From positions 2,214 to 66,213 of the forward strand of contig MEVD01000014.1 in assembly GCA_001772865.1 (NCBI GenBank): a stretch of 64,000 bases of DNA. The letters are read 5' to 3'. Below, piece by piece: positions 1 to 8,962 of the stretch. The stretch comes from a candidate division WWE3 bacterium RIFCSPHIGHO2_02_FULL_38_14 (GTDB taxonomy: Bacteria; Patescibacteriota; WWE3; UBA101185; UBA10185). The notes under the pieces are model-generated. The model worked only from the letters and a program-made list of their open reading frames with translations, had not been told where the DNA came from and ran no database searches. The translations under genes were made by a program, and so were the position numbers. Position 1 is the first letter of the stretch. Every line of letters begins with the position of its first letter.

Positions 1-3000
1 GGTGCGAAGATAGTTCATGTTCAATCACAAGCTAATGGCATTGAAAATGTTGAACTTGTCCACGACCAAATAAACACACTAATTACAGATTCAGACACCG
101 GTTATACAGCCACAGAATATCTTAACGCTTTTAATCCAGATAATTTTAGCAGTGGCACTTTTGATTATTTCTTCGAAGCAACCTTAAAAGCTACAGCTGG
201 AACTGCTTATGCAATACTTGAAAATGATGATAATAGCAACGACCAGATTAATAACCTTGTAACTTCAGAGGTAACAGTAATTTCAACTTCATATACAAGA
301 GTAAGAAGCAGTGCTCTTGGTGGAAACGCCGACTGGCCAGCATCTTCAAGCGAAATGGAGACCCTAATTAAAAATTCAGCCACTAATACTACATCAGCTT
401 CTGTCTCACGGTTAATTATTCAATCATCAAGACTACCTACATTTCCACCTGATCCGACCTCTCCGGCTCAATTTAAATCCGATAGTACCACTTCTATATC
501 TACAGGTGGAAGTACCGAAGAAACAACAGTAGTGCTTAAAACCAGCATGACTGATACTGATTCGTCCAGCACTTTAGTACCTCACATAGAAATACAACCA
601 ATTGGAACATCTTTTGTTAATACAGGAAATTACCTCGGAGCTGGTGTTTCGTATTCCGGTACAGCTGTCACCGGGCCGGTGACTGTTTCAAATAACTGGT
701 ATAACGATTCGTGGGCAAAGAGAAAACTAATAGCTATAGTTAATAATACTGCTTCAACATTAACTAATTACCAGGTACAAATATCTATCACATACGACTC
801 TGATATGCAGGATGATTTTGAAGATCTGCGATTTACAAGTTCTAACGGCACTACATTAATTGATCATTGGATAGAAACATATACGGCATCAACTTCTGCC
901 GTAGTATGGATAGAGGTACCTAGTATTTCTGCCAGCGATACCGGGTATGTATTTATGTATTACGGCAACGGTGGTGCTTCAACTGCCAGTAACGGAGATA
1001 ATACCTTCACTTTTTTCGATGAATTCTCAGGTGTAGCAATTGATAGTGGCAAGTGGACTGAAACTGATTCTACCGGATGGAGTGTAACCGGAGGTGAACT
1101 GAAAGGAACAAACACTACCGGCAGATTGACATCAGTCTCCACATTTAGCGATGGGGTTGTACTACAATCAAAAGGTCGAGTAGTCACTCATGCATCGAAT
1201 GGATATACAGATAGTGGATTTTTCCTCTCCACAACCGATGCATTTGGATATTTAAATATCAACGGAAATGATTTTTATCGTAATAATGGTACTTTTACGG
1301 GAATTTCTTCAGGTCCGCCAACATCTACAAATTACCTGACTAGAATATCAACAAAATCAACAACAGAGGTTAATCTTTCTGTTACCAATTATTCTGACGG
1401 CACAAGTTATCAAAATATTAATGTTGCCAATACCGTTTCATCCGAGCCGATTGTTATTGGTAGAAGATATGATAATGGAAACCAAGGACAGACATACGAA
1501 GCTTATTGGGATTTCTTTTTCGTGAGAGTTTATGCAACCACTGAACCTTCTACTTCCACTGGTGCTGAACAAAGCAAAGTTGCTTTAACCGAAGCTACTT
1601 CATATCATTGGCAGGTACAAACATGTGATGCAGAATTTTCCTGTTCATCATGGGTTTCATATGGGGGAAATGCTGAGTCCGCCGCTGACTTCACTGTAGA
1701 TCAAACGGCCCCTACAACTCCTGGAACTCCATCAACTACAACTCCAACCAGCGATACCACCCCTACCTGGACTTGGACTGCTTCAACCGATTCTGGTTCC
1801 GGGCTCGCAGCTACTCCATATACAGTTCAATGGTGTCAGGATTCGGGTTTTTCAGGTTGTGGTGCAAACACCGATACTTCCTCTACAAACTCATATACCC
1901 ATAGTGTAGCTTTGGCTGAGGGTACTTGGTATTTTAGAGTTAAAGCTACAGATGCAGTAGGTAATGAATCATCATATTCCTCAAATGGTTCTGCACTTAT
2001 AGACGCTACCGGCCCCACAACCCCCGGAACCCCCTCAACTACGACTCCTACCGCAGATACAACCCCTTCGTGGACTTGGACAGCTTCATCTGATTCAGGT
2101 TCTGGACTTGCAGCAACTCCATATACTGTTGAGTGGTGTACGGATTCGGGTTTCTCAGGATGCGGCTCCAACACAGACACTTCATCAACAAATTCATTTA
2201 CTCACAGCACTGCACTTGCTGATGGTACTTGGTATGTTAGAGTTAAAGCCGCCGATGTAGTGGGAAATGAATCATTGTATTCTTCAAACGGTACTGTTGT
2301 TATAGACTCATCAGGTCCTACTACCCCAGGAACTCCCGCTTCAACATCTTTAACTACCGACACCACTCCTGAATGGACATGGACTGCTTCTACAGATAGT
2401 GGTGTGGGATTAGCAACCACTCCATATACAGTGGCATGGTGTACTGATTCCGGTTTCTCAGGTTGCGCTGCTAATACTGATACCTCCTCCACCAATTCAT
2501 TTACACACACCACAGCTCTTGCTGCAGGCACATGGTATTTCAGAGTTAAAGCTGAAGATACTTTGGGAAATGAATCAAGCTATTCAACAAGCGGAACATT
2601 TACTATAGCATCAGCTTCTACGGGTGACAGAACAAAGCCTTCCAAACCCGGTACTCCTGAAACCACAAGCCCAACCAACAACAACAAACCTAAATGGAAA
2701 TGGGATGAATCAACTGATAATGTAGCTCTTGATAGCGATAACCCGTATTACGTTCAATGGTGTACTAATAAAAGCTTCAAAAATTGCGACGGAAAAGTTG
2801 ACACCTCTGACGATAACTCATATACACACGGCAGTACTCTTTCCGACGGAACGTGGTACTTCAGAGTTAAAGCCAGAGATTCCTCAGGAAATTATTCAAA
2901 TTATTCAAATAGAGGTACAGTTGAAATAGATACTACCGCACCAACTATTACTATCACAAGTACTGTTGTTTCCGAAACCTCAATAAGTATTTCATGGACC

Positions 3001-4812
3001 ACAAATGAGGAAAGCCAAACTATCATAGAGTGGGGGACTAATAGTTCTTACGGCAGAAGCTATACTAATGATTCATTAACTAAATCTCACAACTACAATA
3101 TTACCGGTCTTAGAGAGGGAACTTTATACTACATAAAAATCACCTCCAAAGATGAGCTATTAAACACCGGCAAAGCTGAGTTCCAACGACAAACCCTTGG
3201 TACAATTGAGGCAACTTTAATAACTGATATCAATGTGGTTATCAACTCCCCAACATCCGCAACCATCAACTGGAAAACTAACCACGCAGCTACCTCTGAA
3301 ATTGATTACGGAATTACCACTAACTTTACTGATCAAACAATCTCAACAGATAAAGTGGTTATCCACTCCATGACTTTGTCCGGTCTAACCTCTGAAACAA
3401 CATATTTTTATGAAATCATCAGTGTGGGTAATACCACTGCTGTTAATGCATTCAGAACTTTTGATACACCAGGGGAAGAAATAATTGAAGAACCTGTCGA
3501 CGAAAGCACAGGTAGTCAGGAAACCACCGAAAGCACTTCGGCTATTGACGAGATTGTTGAAACTATCGAGGATATAGTAGATACAATAACCGATACTATA
3601 AAAGATATAATAGATGAAATAATAGACACTGTAAAAGATATTGTTGATAAAATAACTGAAATCATAAGGACAGAAGAATTTAACAAACCTGTTGATACTG
3701 TATTTGCTGTTGGAATTAAAAAATTAATCAGAGATCTCCCCATACCTCAAATTATTAAAGAAATCGCCGAGAAAACTATAGATGTAATTAAAAGCCCTCA
3801 AACTCAAAAAATTATTACTTTTGCCGCTATTGCCGGTAATATTGCTTCTGCCGTCACTGTATTACCAAACATCCGAGAAATAATTTCCATGCTCGGAAAA
3901 ATTAAACATGTAAATATATTAGGTTTGCTATTTGGTTTATTTAGAAAAAAGAAAAATCCCTGGGGAGTCGTTTATGATTCCCAATCCAAACAGCCCCTGG
4001 ATCCTGTAATTCTCACACTAACCGACCCAAGCGGGAAAATTTATCAAACAATTTCTGATATTTACGGAAGATTTGAATTTATCGTTGACCCCGGTGTATA
4101 TATTCTCTCAGCAGTTAAAACCAACTATTCCTTCCCGTCAAAGCTCCTGGCAGGTAAAAAAGATGACGGTATTTACGATAACCTGTACTTCGGAGAACCA
4201 ATTAATATACAGCAAGACCAAAAAATACAGGCTCATATACCCATGGATAGAGAAAATGTTGACTGGAACCAGCTGGAAAAACAAAGAATGGGCATAGTAA
4301 ACAGAAATGTCCGCTTGTATAAAGTTGTAGACTATATGTTTAACGCTACTCTGGTTTTAAATATTTTATCTTTATCGCTAAGTTACTCATTAGAAAAAAT
4401 TGTCATCTTCTCGTTATTTATCTTTTTATATACTTACCACAATTACATAAAATCCCACAAACCATGGGGGATAGTTACCAACCTTGAAAATCATCCTCTA
4501 GGGGGAATTATTATGCGTCTTGTCCATGTGAAATTCCCCAAGATAAGCGGAGCAATAGCTGTAACAAAGGACAATGGTAGGTATAACTTCCTGGTCAGAA
4601 AAGGTACTTATCAAATTGTGGCACATAAGAAAAACCCCGACGGAACAACCCAGGAAATAAACCGCTCAAAAGTTATGGACGTGAAAAAAGAGCAGGGGAG
4701 TTTGGGACCTGACTTTAAAGTAGATGCTAAAGAAGAAAGTATACCTGAAACTAAGCAAGACTCTGCTATAAGCACTAATCCTGATAATAAATTGGATACA
4801 AACAACAAATGA
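1..4812 (+). CDS. Giant cell-surface protein (5' end outside window): DUF2341-like domain, four ~101-aa FN3/Ig-like repeats, two further FN3-like domains, C-terminal carboxypeptidase-regulatory-like domains and TM segments
   Basis: Frame 1 is open from base 1, so the start at 355 is internal. Ser/Thr-rich. WYNDSWAKRKLI..NYQVQI..DFEDLRF..WIE resembles DUF2341; WYFRVKA.D..GN.S FN3 signatures; PWGVVYDS..KQPLDP..SD.YGRF C-terminal module. Confidence 0.8.
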   Translation, partial: GAKIVHVQSQANGIENVELVHDQINTLITDSDTGYTATEYLNAFNPDNFSSGTFDYFFEATLKATAGTAYAILENDDNSNDQINNLVTSEVTVISTSYTRVRSSALGGNADWPASSSEMETLIKNSATNTTSASVSRLIIQSSRLPTFPPDPTSPAQFKSDSTTSISTGGSTEETTVVLKTSMTDTDSSSTLVPHIEIQPIGTSFVNTGNYLGAGVSYSGTAVTGPVTVSNNWYNDSWAKRKLIAIVNNTASTLTNYQVQISITYDSDMQDDFEDLRFTSSNGTTLIDHWIETYTASTSAVVWIEVPSISASDTGYVFMYYGNGGASTASNGDNTFTFFDEFSGVAIDSGKWTETDSTGWSVTGGELKGTNTTGRLTSVSTFSDGVVLQSKGRVVTHASNGYTDSGFFLSTTDAFGYLNINGNDFYRNNGTFTGISSGPPTSTNYLTRISTKSTTEVNLSVTNYSDGTSYQNINVANTVSSEPIVIGRRYDNGNQGQTYEAYWDFFFVRVYATTEPSTSTGAEQSKVALTEATSYHWQVQTCDAEFSCSSWVSYGGNAESAADFTVDQTAPTTPGTPSTTTPTSDTTPTWTWTASTDSGSGLAATPYTVQWCQDSGFSGCGANTDTSSTNSYTHSVALAEGTWYFRVKATDAVGNESSYSSNGSALIDATGPTTPGTPSTTTPTADTTPSWTWTASSDSGSGLAATPYTVEWCTDSGFSGCGSNTDTSSTNSFTHSTALADGTWYVRVKAADVVGNESLYSSNGTVVIDSSGPTTPGTPASTSLTTDTTPEWTWTASTDSGVGLATTPYTVAWCTDSGFSGCAANTDTSSTNSFTHTTALAAGTWYFRVKAEDTLGNESSYSTSGTFTIASASTGDRTKPSKPGTPETTSPTNNNKPKWKWDESTDNVALDSDNPYYVQWCTNKSFKNCDGKVDTSDDNSYTHGSTLSDGTWYFRVKARDSSGNYSNYSNRGTVEIDTTAPTITITSTVVSETSISISWTTNEESQTIIEWGTNSSYGRSYTNDSLTKSHNYNITGLREGTLYYIKITSKDELLNTGKAEFQRQTLGTIEATLITDINVVINSPTSATINWKTNHAATSEIDYGITTNFTDQTISTDKVVIHSMTLSGLTSETTYFYEIISVGNTTAVNAFRTFDTPGEEIIEEPVDESTGSQETTESTSAIDEIVETIEDIVDTITDTIKDIIDEIIDTVKDIVDKITEIIRTEEFNKPVDTVFAVGIKKLIRDLPIPQIIKEIAEKTIDVIKSPQTQKIITFAAIAGNIASAVTVLPNIREIISMLGKIKHVNILGLLFGLFRKKKNPWGVVYDSQSKQPLDPVILTLTDPSGKIYQTISDIYGRFEFIVDPGVYILSAVKTNYSFPSKLLAGKKDDGIYDNLYFGEPINIQQDQKIQAHIPMDRENVDWNQLEKQRMGIVNRNVRLYKVVDYMFNATLVLNILSLSLSYSLEKIVIFSLFIFLYTYHNYIKSHKPWGIVTNLENHPLGGIIMRLVHVKFPKISGAIAVTKDNGRYNFLVRKGTYQIVAHKKNPDGTTQEINRSKVMDVKKEQGSLGPDFKVDAKEESIPETKQDSAISTNPDNKLDTNNK
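1699..2928 (+). repeat. Four tandem ~303-bp intragenic repeats (FN3/Ig-like domains, each with WC-x7-C)
   Basis: Units start at 1699, 2002, 2305 and 2626 (D..[AG]PTTPGTP...PYTV.WC.DSGFSGC...GTWYFRVKA); the fourth is more diverged. Confidence 0.9.
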
Positions 4813-5933
4813 AATTAAAAATACTTGGATATTTGTATCAAAATCTTTTCAGAAAAATTCTATTTTTGTTCGATCCGGAATTTATTCACGACACAATTAC
4901 ATATTTAGGAAAATTAATAGGATCAACTAAACCCGGACAGCAAATAACCGAAAATATTTTCTTTTATAAAAGCAATAAATTAGGGCAGGACATTTCAGGT
5001 ATACATTTTGCCAATCCAATAGGACTTTCAGCGGGATTTGATAAGGATGCTAATTTAGTAAATATAATTCCATTCGTAGGATTTGGTTTTATAACAGTAG
5101 GAACGGTGACGTATCAACCTTATGAAGGAAATCCAAAACCACGGCTTTACAGGCTTAAGAAATCACAGGCATTGGTTGTTAATTATGGTTTAAAAAATAT
5201 CGGAGCTAATAAAATTGTTGAAAAACTTAAAAACTACAAAAAACCAGAAAAATTTATTCTAGGTATTTCCGTTGGTAAAACCAACTGCCCGGAAACATCT
5301 GAAACCAAAAGGGGAGCGGAAGATTATTTAAATTGTTTAAAAGTATTAAACGATAATAAAATTGGTGATTTTTACGAAATAAATATTTCATGCCCGAATA
5401 CTTTTGGAGGCGAACCTTTTACAACACCAGACAAATTAGAACTTCTATTATCAAGATTAACGACATTGAACATTTCAAAACCGATATTTCTCAAAATGCC
5501 AATAAATTTAGCTTGGGAAGAATTTAAAAATTTATTGGATGTAACTATAACATATAGGATTAACGGCGTTACCATCGGAAACCTAAATAAAAACAGAAAA
5601 GACCCTAATATAAAAGATGAAATACCCGAATACATCAAAGGAAACATCAGCGGCAAACCAACATATAAACTTTCCAACGATCTTATCAGAGAGACATACA
5701 GATACAGCGGAGACAAGTTGAAAATAATAGGAGTGGGAGGAGTATTCTCACCGGAAGACGCTTATGAGAAAATAAAACTTGGGGCAAGTCTAGTAGGATT
5801 GATTACAGGAATGATCTATCAGGGACCTCAATTAATAGGACAAATTAATGATGGTCTGGAAAAAGAGCTGAACAAAAATAACCTTGCGAATTTAGCCCAA
5901 GCAATTGGTTCTGAACTTCATTTTAAAGCATAA
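4809..5933 (+). CDS. pyrD: Quinone-dependent dihydroorotate dehydrogenase (class 2)
   Basis: NPIGLSAGFDK, GTVT..PYEGNPKPRLYRL, INISCPNT, SGKP, IIGVGG motifs. Confidence 0.95.
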   Translation: MKLKILGYLYQNLFRKILFLFDPEFIHDTITYLGKLIGSTKPGQQITENIFFYKSNKLGQDISGIHFANPIGLSAGFDKDANLVNIIPFVGFGFITVGTVTYQPYEGNPKPRLYRLKKSQALVVNYGLKNIGANKIVEKLKNYKKPEKFILGISVGKTNCPETSETKRGAEDYLNCLKVLNDNKIGDFYEINISCPNTFGGEPFTTPDKLELLLSRLTTLNISKPIFLKMPINLAWEEFKNLLDVTITYRINGVTIGNLNKNRKDPNIKDEIPEYIKGNISGKPTYKLSNDLIRETYRYSGDKLKIIGVGGVFSPEDAYEKIKLGASLVGLITGMIYQGPQLIGQINDGLEKELNKNNLANLAQAIGSELHFKA

Positions 5934-5974
5934 GTGAGGTAAAATACGAATTGTCCTTTAGGTAGTGACAAAAT

Positions 5975-6051
5975 GCTCCCGTAGCTCAGTAGGATAGAGC
6001 AGTTCCCTTCTAAGGAAAAGGTCGGGTGTTCGAATCACCCCGGGAGCGCCA
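5975..6051 (+). tRNA. tRNA-Arg(TCT)
   Basis: GCTCCCG/CGGGAGC acceptor stem, anticodon loop CTTCTAA, GGGTG-TTCGAAT-CACCC T arm, encoded CCA. Confidence 0.95.
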
Positions 6052-6054
6052 TAT

Positions 6055-6825
6055 ATGATTAAAATAAAAGCATTAATATTAGCTGCAGGAAAAGGCACTA
6101 GACTTGAAAATAAAGAACTACCTAAGGCCTTATTACCATTGAATGGCATATCCATGCTTAAACGCGTTGTAAATAACGTTTTGGAATCTGGTATAGATAA
6201 AGAGCCTACTATAGTAGTAGGACATAGAGCAGAAGAAATAATTAACGCTATGGGGTCCGGCTGTAAATATATATTACAGGAAAAACTTGAAGGAACAGGT
6301 TCAGCGGTTTTATCCGCCAAAAGACATTTACAAAATTCAGCAGAAAACATATTAGTAATTTACGCCGATAACCCTTTAATTTCATCATATACAATAAGAA
6401 AATTGACCGAAAGCCATATTAACAGTGACAGTGAATTCACCATGGCGGTTATAAAAACTGATGATTTTGAAGGCTGGAAAAAAAGCTTGTATGACTACGG
6501 AAGAATAATAAGAGATTCAAACGGAAATATGATAAAAAGCGTGGAATTGAAAGATACAACGGAGGATCAAAAAAATATTAAAGAAGTAAATCCCAGCCTT
6601 TATTGTTATCAGGCATCATGGTTATGGGAAAACCTTGATAAGCTGAAAAATGAAAATAAACAAAAGGAATATTATTTAACTGATCTAATTGAATTAGCAA
6701 TAAAACAAGGTAAAAGAATAAATACTGTTGAAATTGAATCTTCAGAAGGATTAGGTATAAACACATTTGAACAGTTGGAAATTGCTTCAAAATTGCTAAA
6801 TAGTAGAACTGAACGAATTTTTTGA
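6055..6825 (+). CDS. GlmU-like UDP-GlcNAc pyrophosphorylase (N-terminal domain only)
   Basis: LILAAGKGTR, LQE.LEGTG.AV, YGRIIRD, N.NKQKEYYLTDL, GINT..QL. Ends before the beta-helix acetyltransferase domain. Confidence 0.85.
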   Translation: MIKIKALILAAGKGTRLENKELPKALLPLNGISMLKRVVNNVLESGIDKEPTIVVGHRAEEIINAMGSGCKYILQEKLEGTGSAVLSAKRHLQNSAENILVIYADNPLISSYTIRKLTESHINSDSEFTMAVIKTDDFEGWKKSLYDYGRIIRDSNGNMIKSVELKDTTEDQKNIKEVNPSLYCYQASWLWENLDKLKNENKQKEYYLTDLIELAIKQGKRINTVEIESSEGLGINTFEQLEIASKLLNSRTERIF

Positions 6826-6874
6826 TTTTATATTGAAATCACAACCTAAAAAGTAGATAATATCCTAGCATTTC

Positions 6875-6962
6875 GGGCGAGTGGCGGAATGGTATACGCG
6901 ACAGACTTAAAATCTGTTGTCCCTTACCGGACGTGAGGGTTCGACTCCCTCCTCGCCCACCA
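6875..6962 (+). tRNA. tRNA-Leu(TAA)
   Basis: GGGCGAG/CTCGCCC acceptor stem, ACAGA-CTTAAAA-TCTGT anticodon arm, long variable arm, CCA. Confidence 0.95.
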
Positions 6963-7005
6963 GCCGCATATAGACTAATAACCAGGTTGGAATTACAATA
7001 CCCTT

Positions 7006-8154
7006 ATGGCTACATATAAAGATCAGTTTTTGGAATCGCTGTATCAAGTTTTTCTTAAAAATCCTGACGATCAACATTTCAAAAAGTACTTCGGTTTAGA
7101 ATTATATAAAAAAGGTGAATTAAAAGAGGCCTATAAACTTCTAAAAGAAGTGTACGCTATAGATAAGGATATAAATATTGAAAGAGCGCTTAAAGATATT
7201 GAGGAAATAACACCTCAGGATTCTTCTCATATAGGATTTATTTCAGAGACTCCTACAAAAGAACAATTAATCGAAATGATTCCGGAATTTAAAGCAAGTA
7301 AAGTAATAACTTTTGCAGACGTTGCCGGAATGGAAGGCGTGAAAGACGAAATCCGAACATTAATAATTTATCCTTTTCAACATCCAGAAATTTATAAACA
7401 ATATAATAAACAGGCAGGCGGAGGTATTTTGCTATATGGACCTCCCGGATGCGGTAAAACATTTATTGCTAAAGCAACAGCCGGAGAGATCAATGCTAAA
7501 TTCTTAAGTGTCTCGATTCATGAACTAATGTCATCTTTCGCAGGTGTGGGAGAAAAAGCTCTCCACGATATATTTGAATGGGCAAGATCTAATGCACCGG
7601 CAATTCTATTTTTTGATGAAATAGATGCTATCGGGATGAGCAGAAGTAAAACCTCGGGCGTTTTGCGTACACTTGTAAATCAATTCCTTACTGAATTAGA
7701 TGGACTAGGAAGTAATAATGAAAATATTTTAGTTATGGGTGCAACTAATTTACCATGGGAAGTTGATACTGCATTAAGAAGACCCGGCAGATTTGATAAA
7801 GTTTTGTTTGTTACACCACCGGACATTAAGGCCAGGCAAAGAATTATAGAATTGGAGCTTAAGGATAAACCCAAAGAGAATATCAACTATGAAGAATTAG
7901 CTGAAATGACAAAAGGATATTCCTCAGCAGACGTAAGAAGAATTTGCGACGAAGCCGGAGATGAAGCATTTAAAAAATCTATCAAAACCGGACAACTGGA
8001 AAAGATTACACAGGAATCTCTTGTAGAAAGAATTAAACTTGTAAAATCATCAATTACTGACTGGTTTTCTACAGTTAAAAATTATATTCAGTATAGCAAT
8101 GAATCAGGCCTTTATAACGATGTAAAAGATTACCTTGATTTAAGTGTTAAATAA
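7006..8154 (+). CDS. Classical-clade AAA+ ATPase (Vps4/Cdc48-like single module) with short N-terminal TPR-like segment
   Basis: Walker A GPPGCGKT, Walker B FFDEID, second region of homology GATNLPWEVDTALRRPGRFD. Confidence 0.9.
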   Translation: MATYKDQFLESLYQVFLKNPDDQHFKKYFGLELYKKGELKEAYKLLKEVYAIDKDINIERALKDIEEITPQDSSHIGFISETPTKEQLIEMIPEFKASKVITFADVAGMEGVKDEIRTLIIYPFQHPEIYKQYNKQAGGGILLYGPPGCGKTFIAKATAGEINAKFLSVSIHELMSSFAGVGEKALHDIFEWARSNAPAILFFDEIDAIGMSRSKTSGVLRTLVNQFLTELDGLGSNNENILVMGATNLPWEVDTALRRPGRFDKVLFVTPPDIKARQRIIELELKDKPKENINYEELAEMTKGYSSADVRRICDEAGDEAFKKSIKTGQLEKITQESLVERIKLVKSSITDWFSTVKNYIQYSNESGLYNDVKDYLDLSVK

Positions 8155-8951
8155 TGGAAAAAGACACGATTCAGCAATTAGAAAATACTCTAAGTGTCTT
8201 AATGGACAGCCATAGGATGGATCTAATAGGGGAACAGGCTCATAAAATTCTTGTACTTAATCCAGAGCATCGCTATGCTACCGGCTGTTTACTATTTTCA
8301 CTTATAAACCGGCATATGTATGAAGAACTTTATGAAGCCGGTAAAAATGCTCTCAAATTGTTTCCCAATGAAGCATGGGTACACGATATGATGTACTACT
8401 ATTATCTGCACAAGGGCGGAAGTGATTACTTAAATGCTAAAAAACATATGGAGGAAGCTATAAAGCTATCTCCCGAAAGTGCAGTTTATTACCGAAACCT
8501 TGCAGAAATATATTTGATAAATCGGGAACCTGAAAAAGCACTTAAACATTTAGAGACGGCAGTTAAATTAAATCCCGACAATGCCGAATATAAAAGCCGT
8601 TTAGGTTTATCCCTCATAAGGTCGGGAAAAGTAAATGAAGCACTGAAAATAGTGAATAAAGCTCTAAAAGATGACCCGGATCATAAAGACGTCTTGGATA
8701 CTGCTGGTATGGTTTATCTACTTTCAGGTGAACTAGACAAAGGTGAGGAGTTATTTAGGGATGCTTTGAGTCGTTTCCCCACATATGAATATTTCCAAAA
8801 ACATTTGGATTGGGTGGAAAGAGAAAAGCACGATAGGGACAGCCGTATCAAACAATATAAAAAGTATACACCGTTATATCTTCGACAAAAAGACAGAAAG
8901 AGATTTTTTGATGAGGATAGTAAAGTAGATATTCATAAAGCTGAAGGCTGA
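8154..8951 (+). CDS. Tetratricopeptide-repeat protein
   Basis: Repeated A(I/V)KL.P..A.Y...L(A/G) TPR units; TAATG overlap with the ATPase stop codon. Confidence 0.85.
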   Translation: MEKDTIQQLENTLSVLMDSHRMDLIGEQAHKILVLNPEHRYATGCLLFSLINRHMYEELYEAGKNALKLFPNEAWVHDMMYYYYLHKGGSDYLNAKKHMEEAIKLSPESAVYYRNLAEIYLINREPEKALKHLETAVKLNPDNAEYKSRLGLSLIRSGKVNEALKIVNKALKDDPDHKDVLDTAGMVYLLSGELDKGEELFRDALSRFPTYEYFQKHLDWVEREKHDRDSRIKQYKKYTPLYLRQKDRKRFFDEDSKVDIHKAEG

Positions 8952-8962
8952 TTTTAAAATAA

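Noticed and set aside
1699-2928. Possible CRISPR or DGR-type repeats
   Set aside because: In-frame protein-domain repeats with mainly synonymous differences; no spacers, cas genes or reverse transcriptase in the window.
960-3743. Several minus-strand ORFs, including repeated VLEPHPEKPESVHH-like ones
   Set aside because: Antisense shadows of the giant protein and its repeats.
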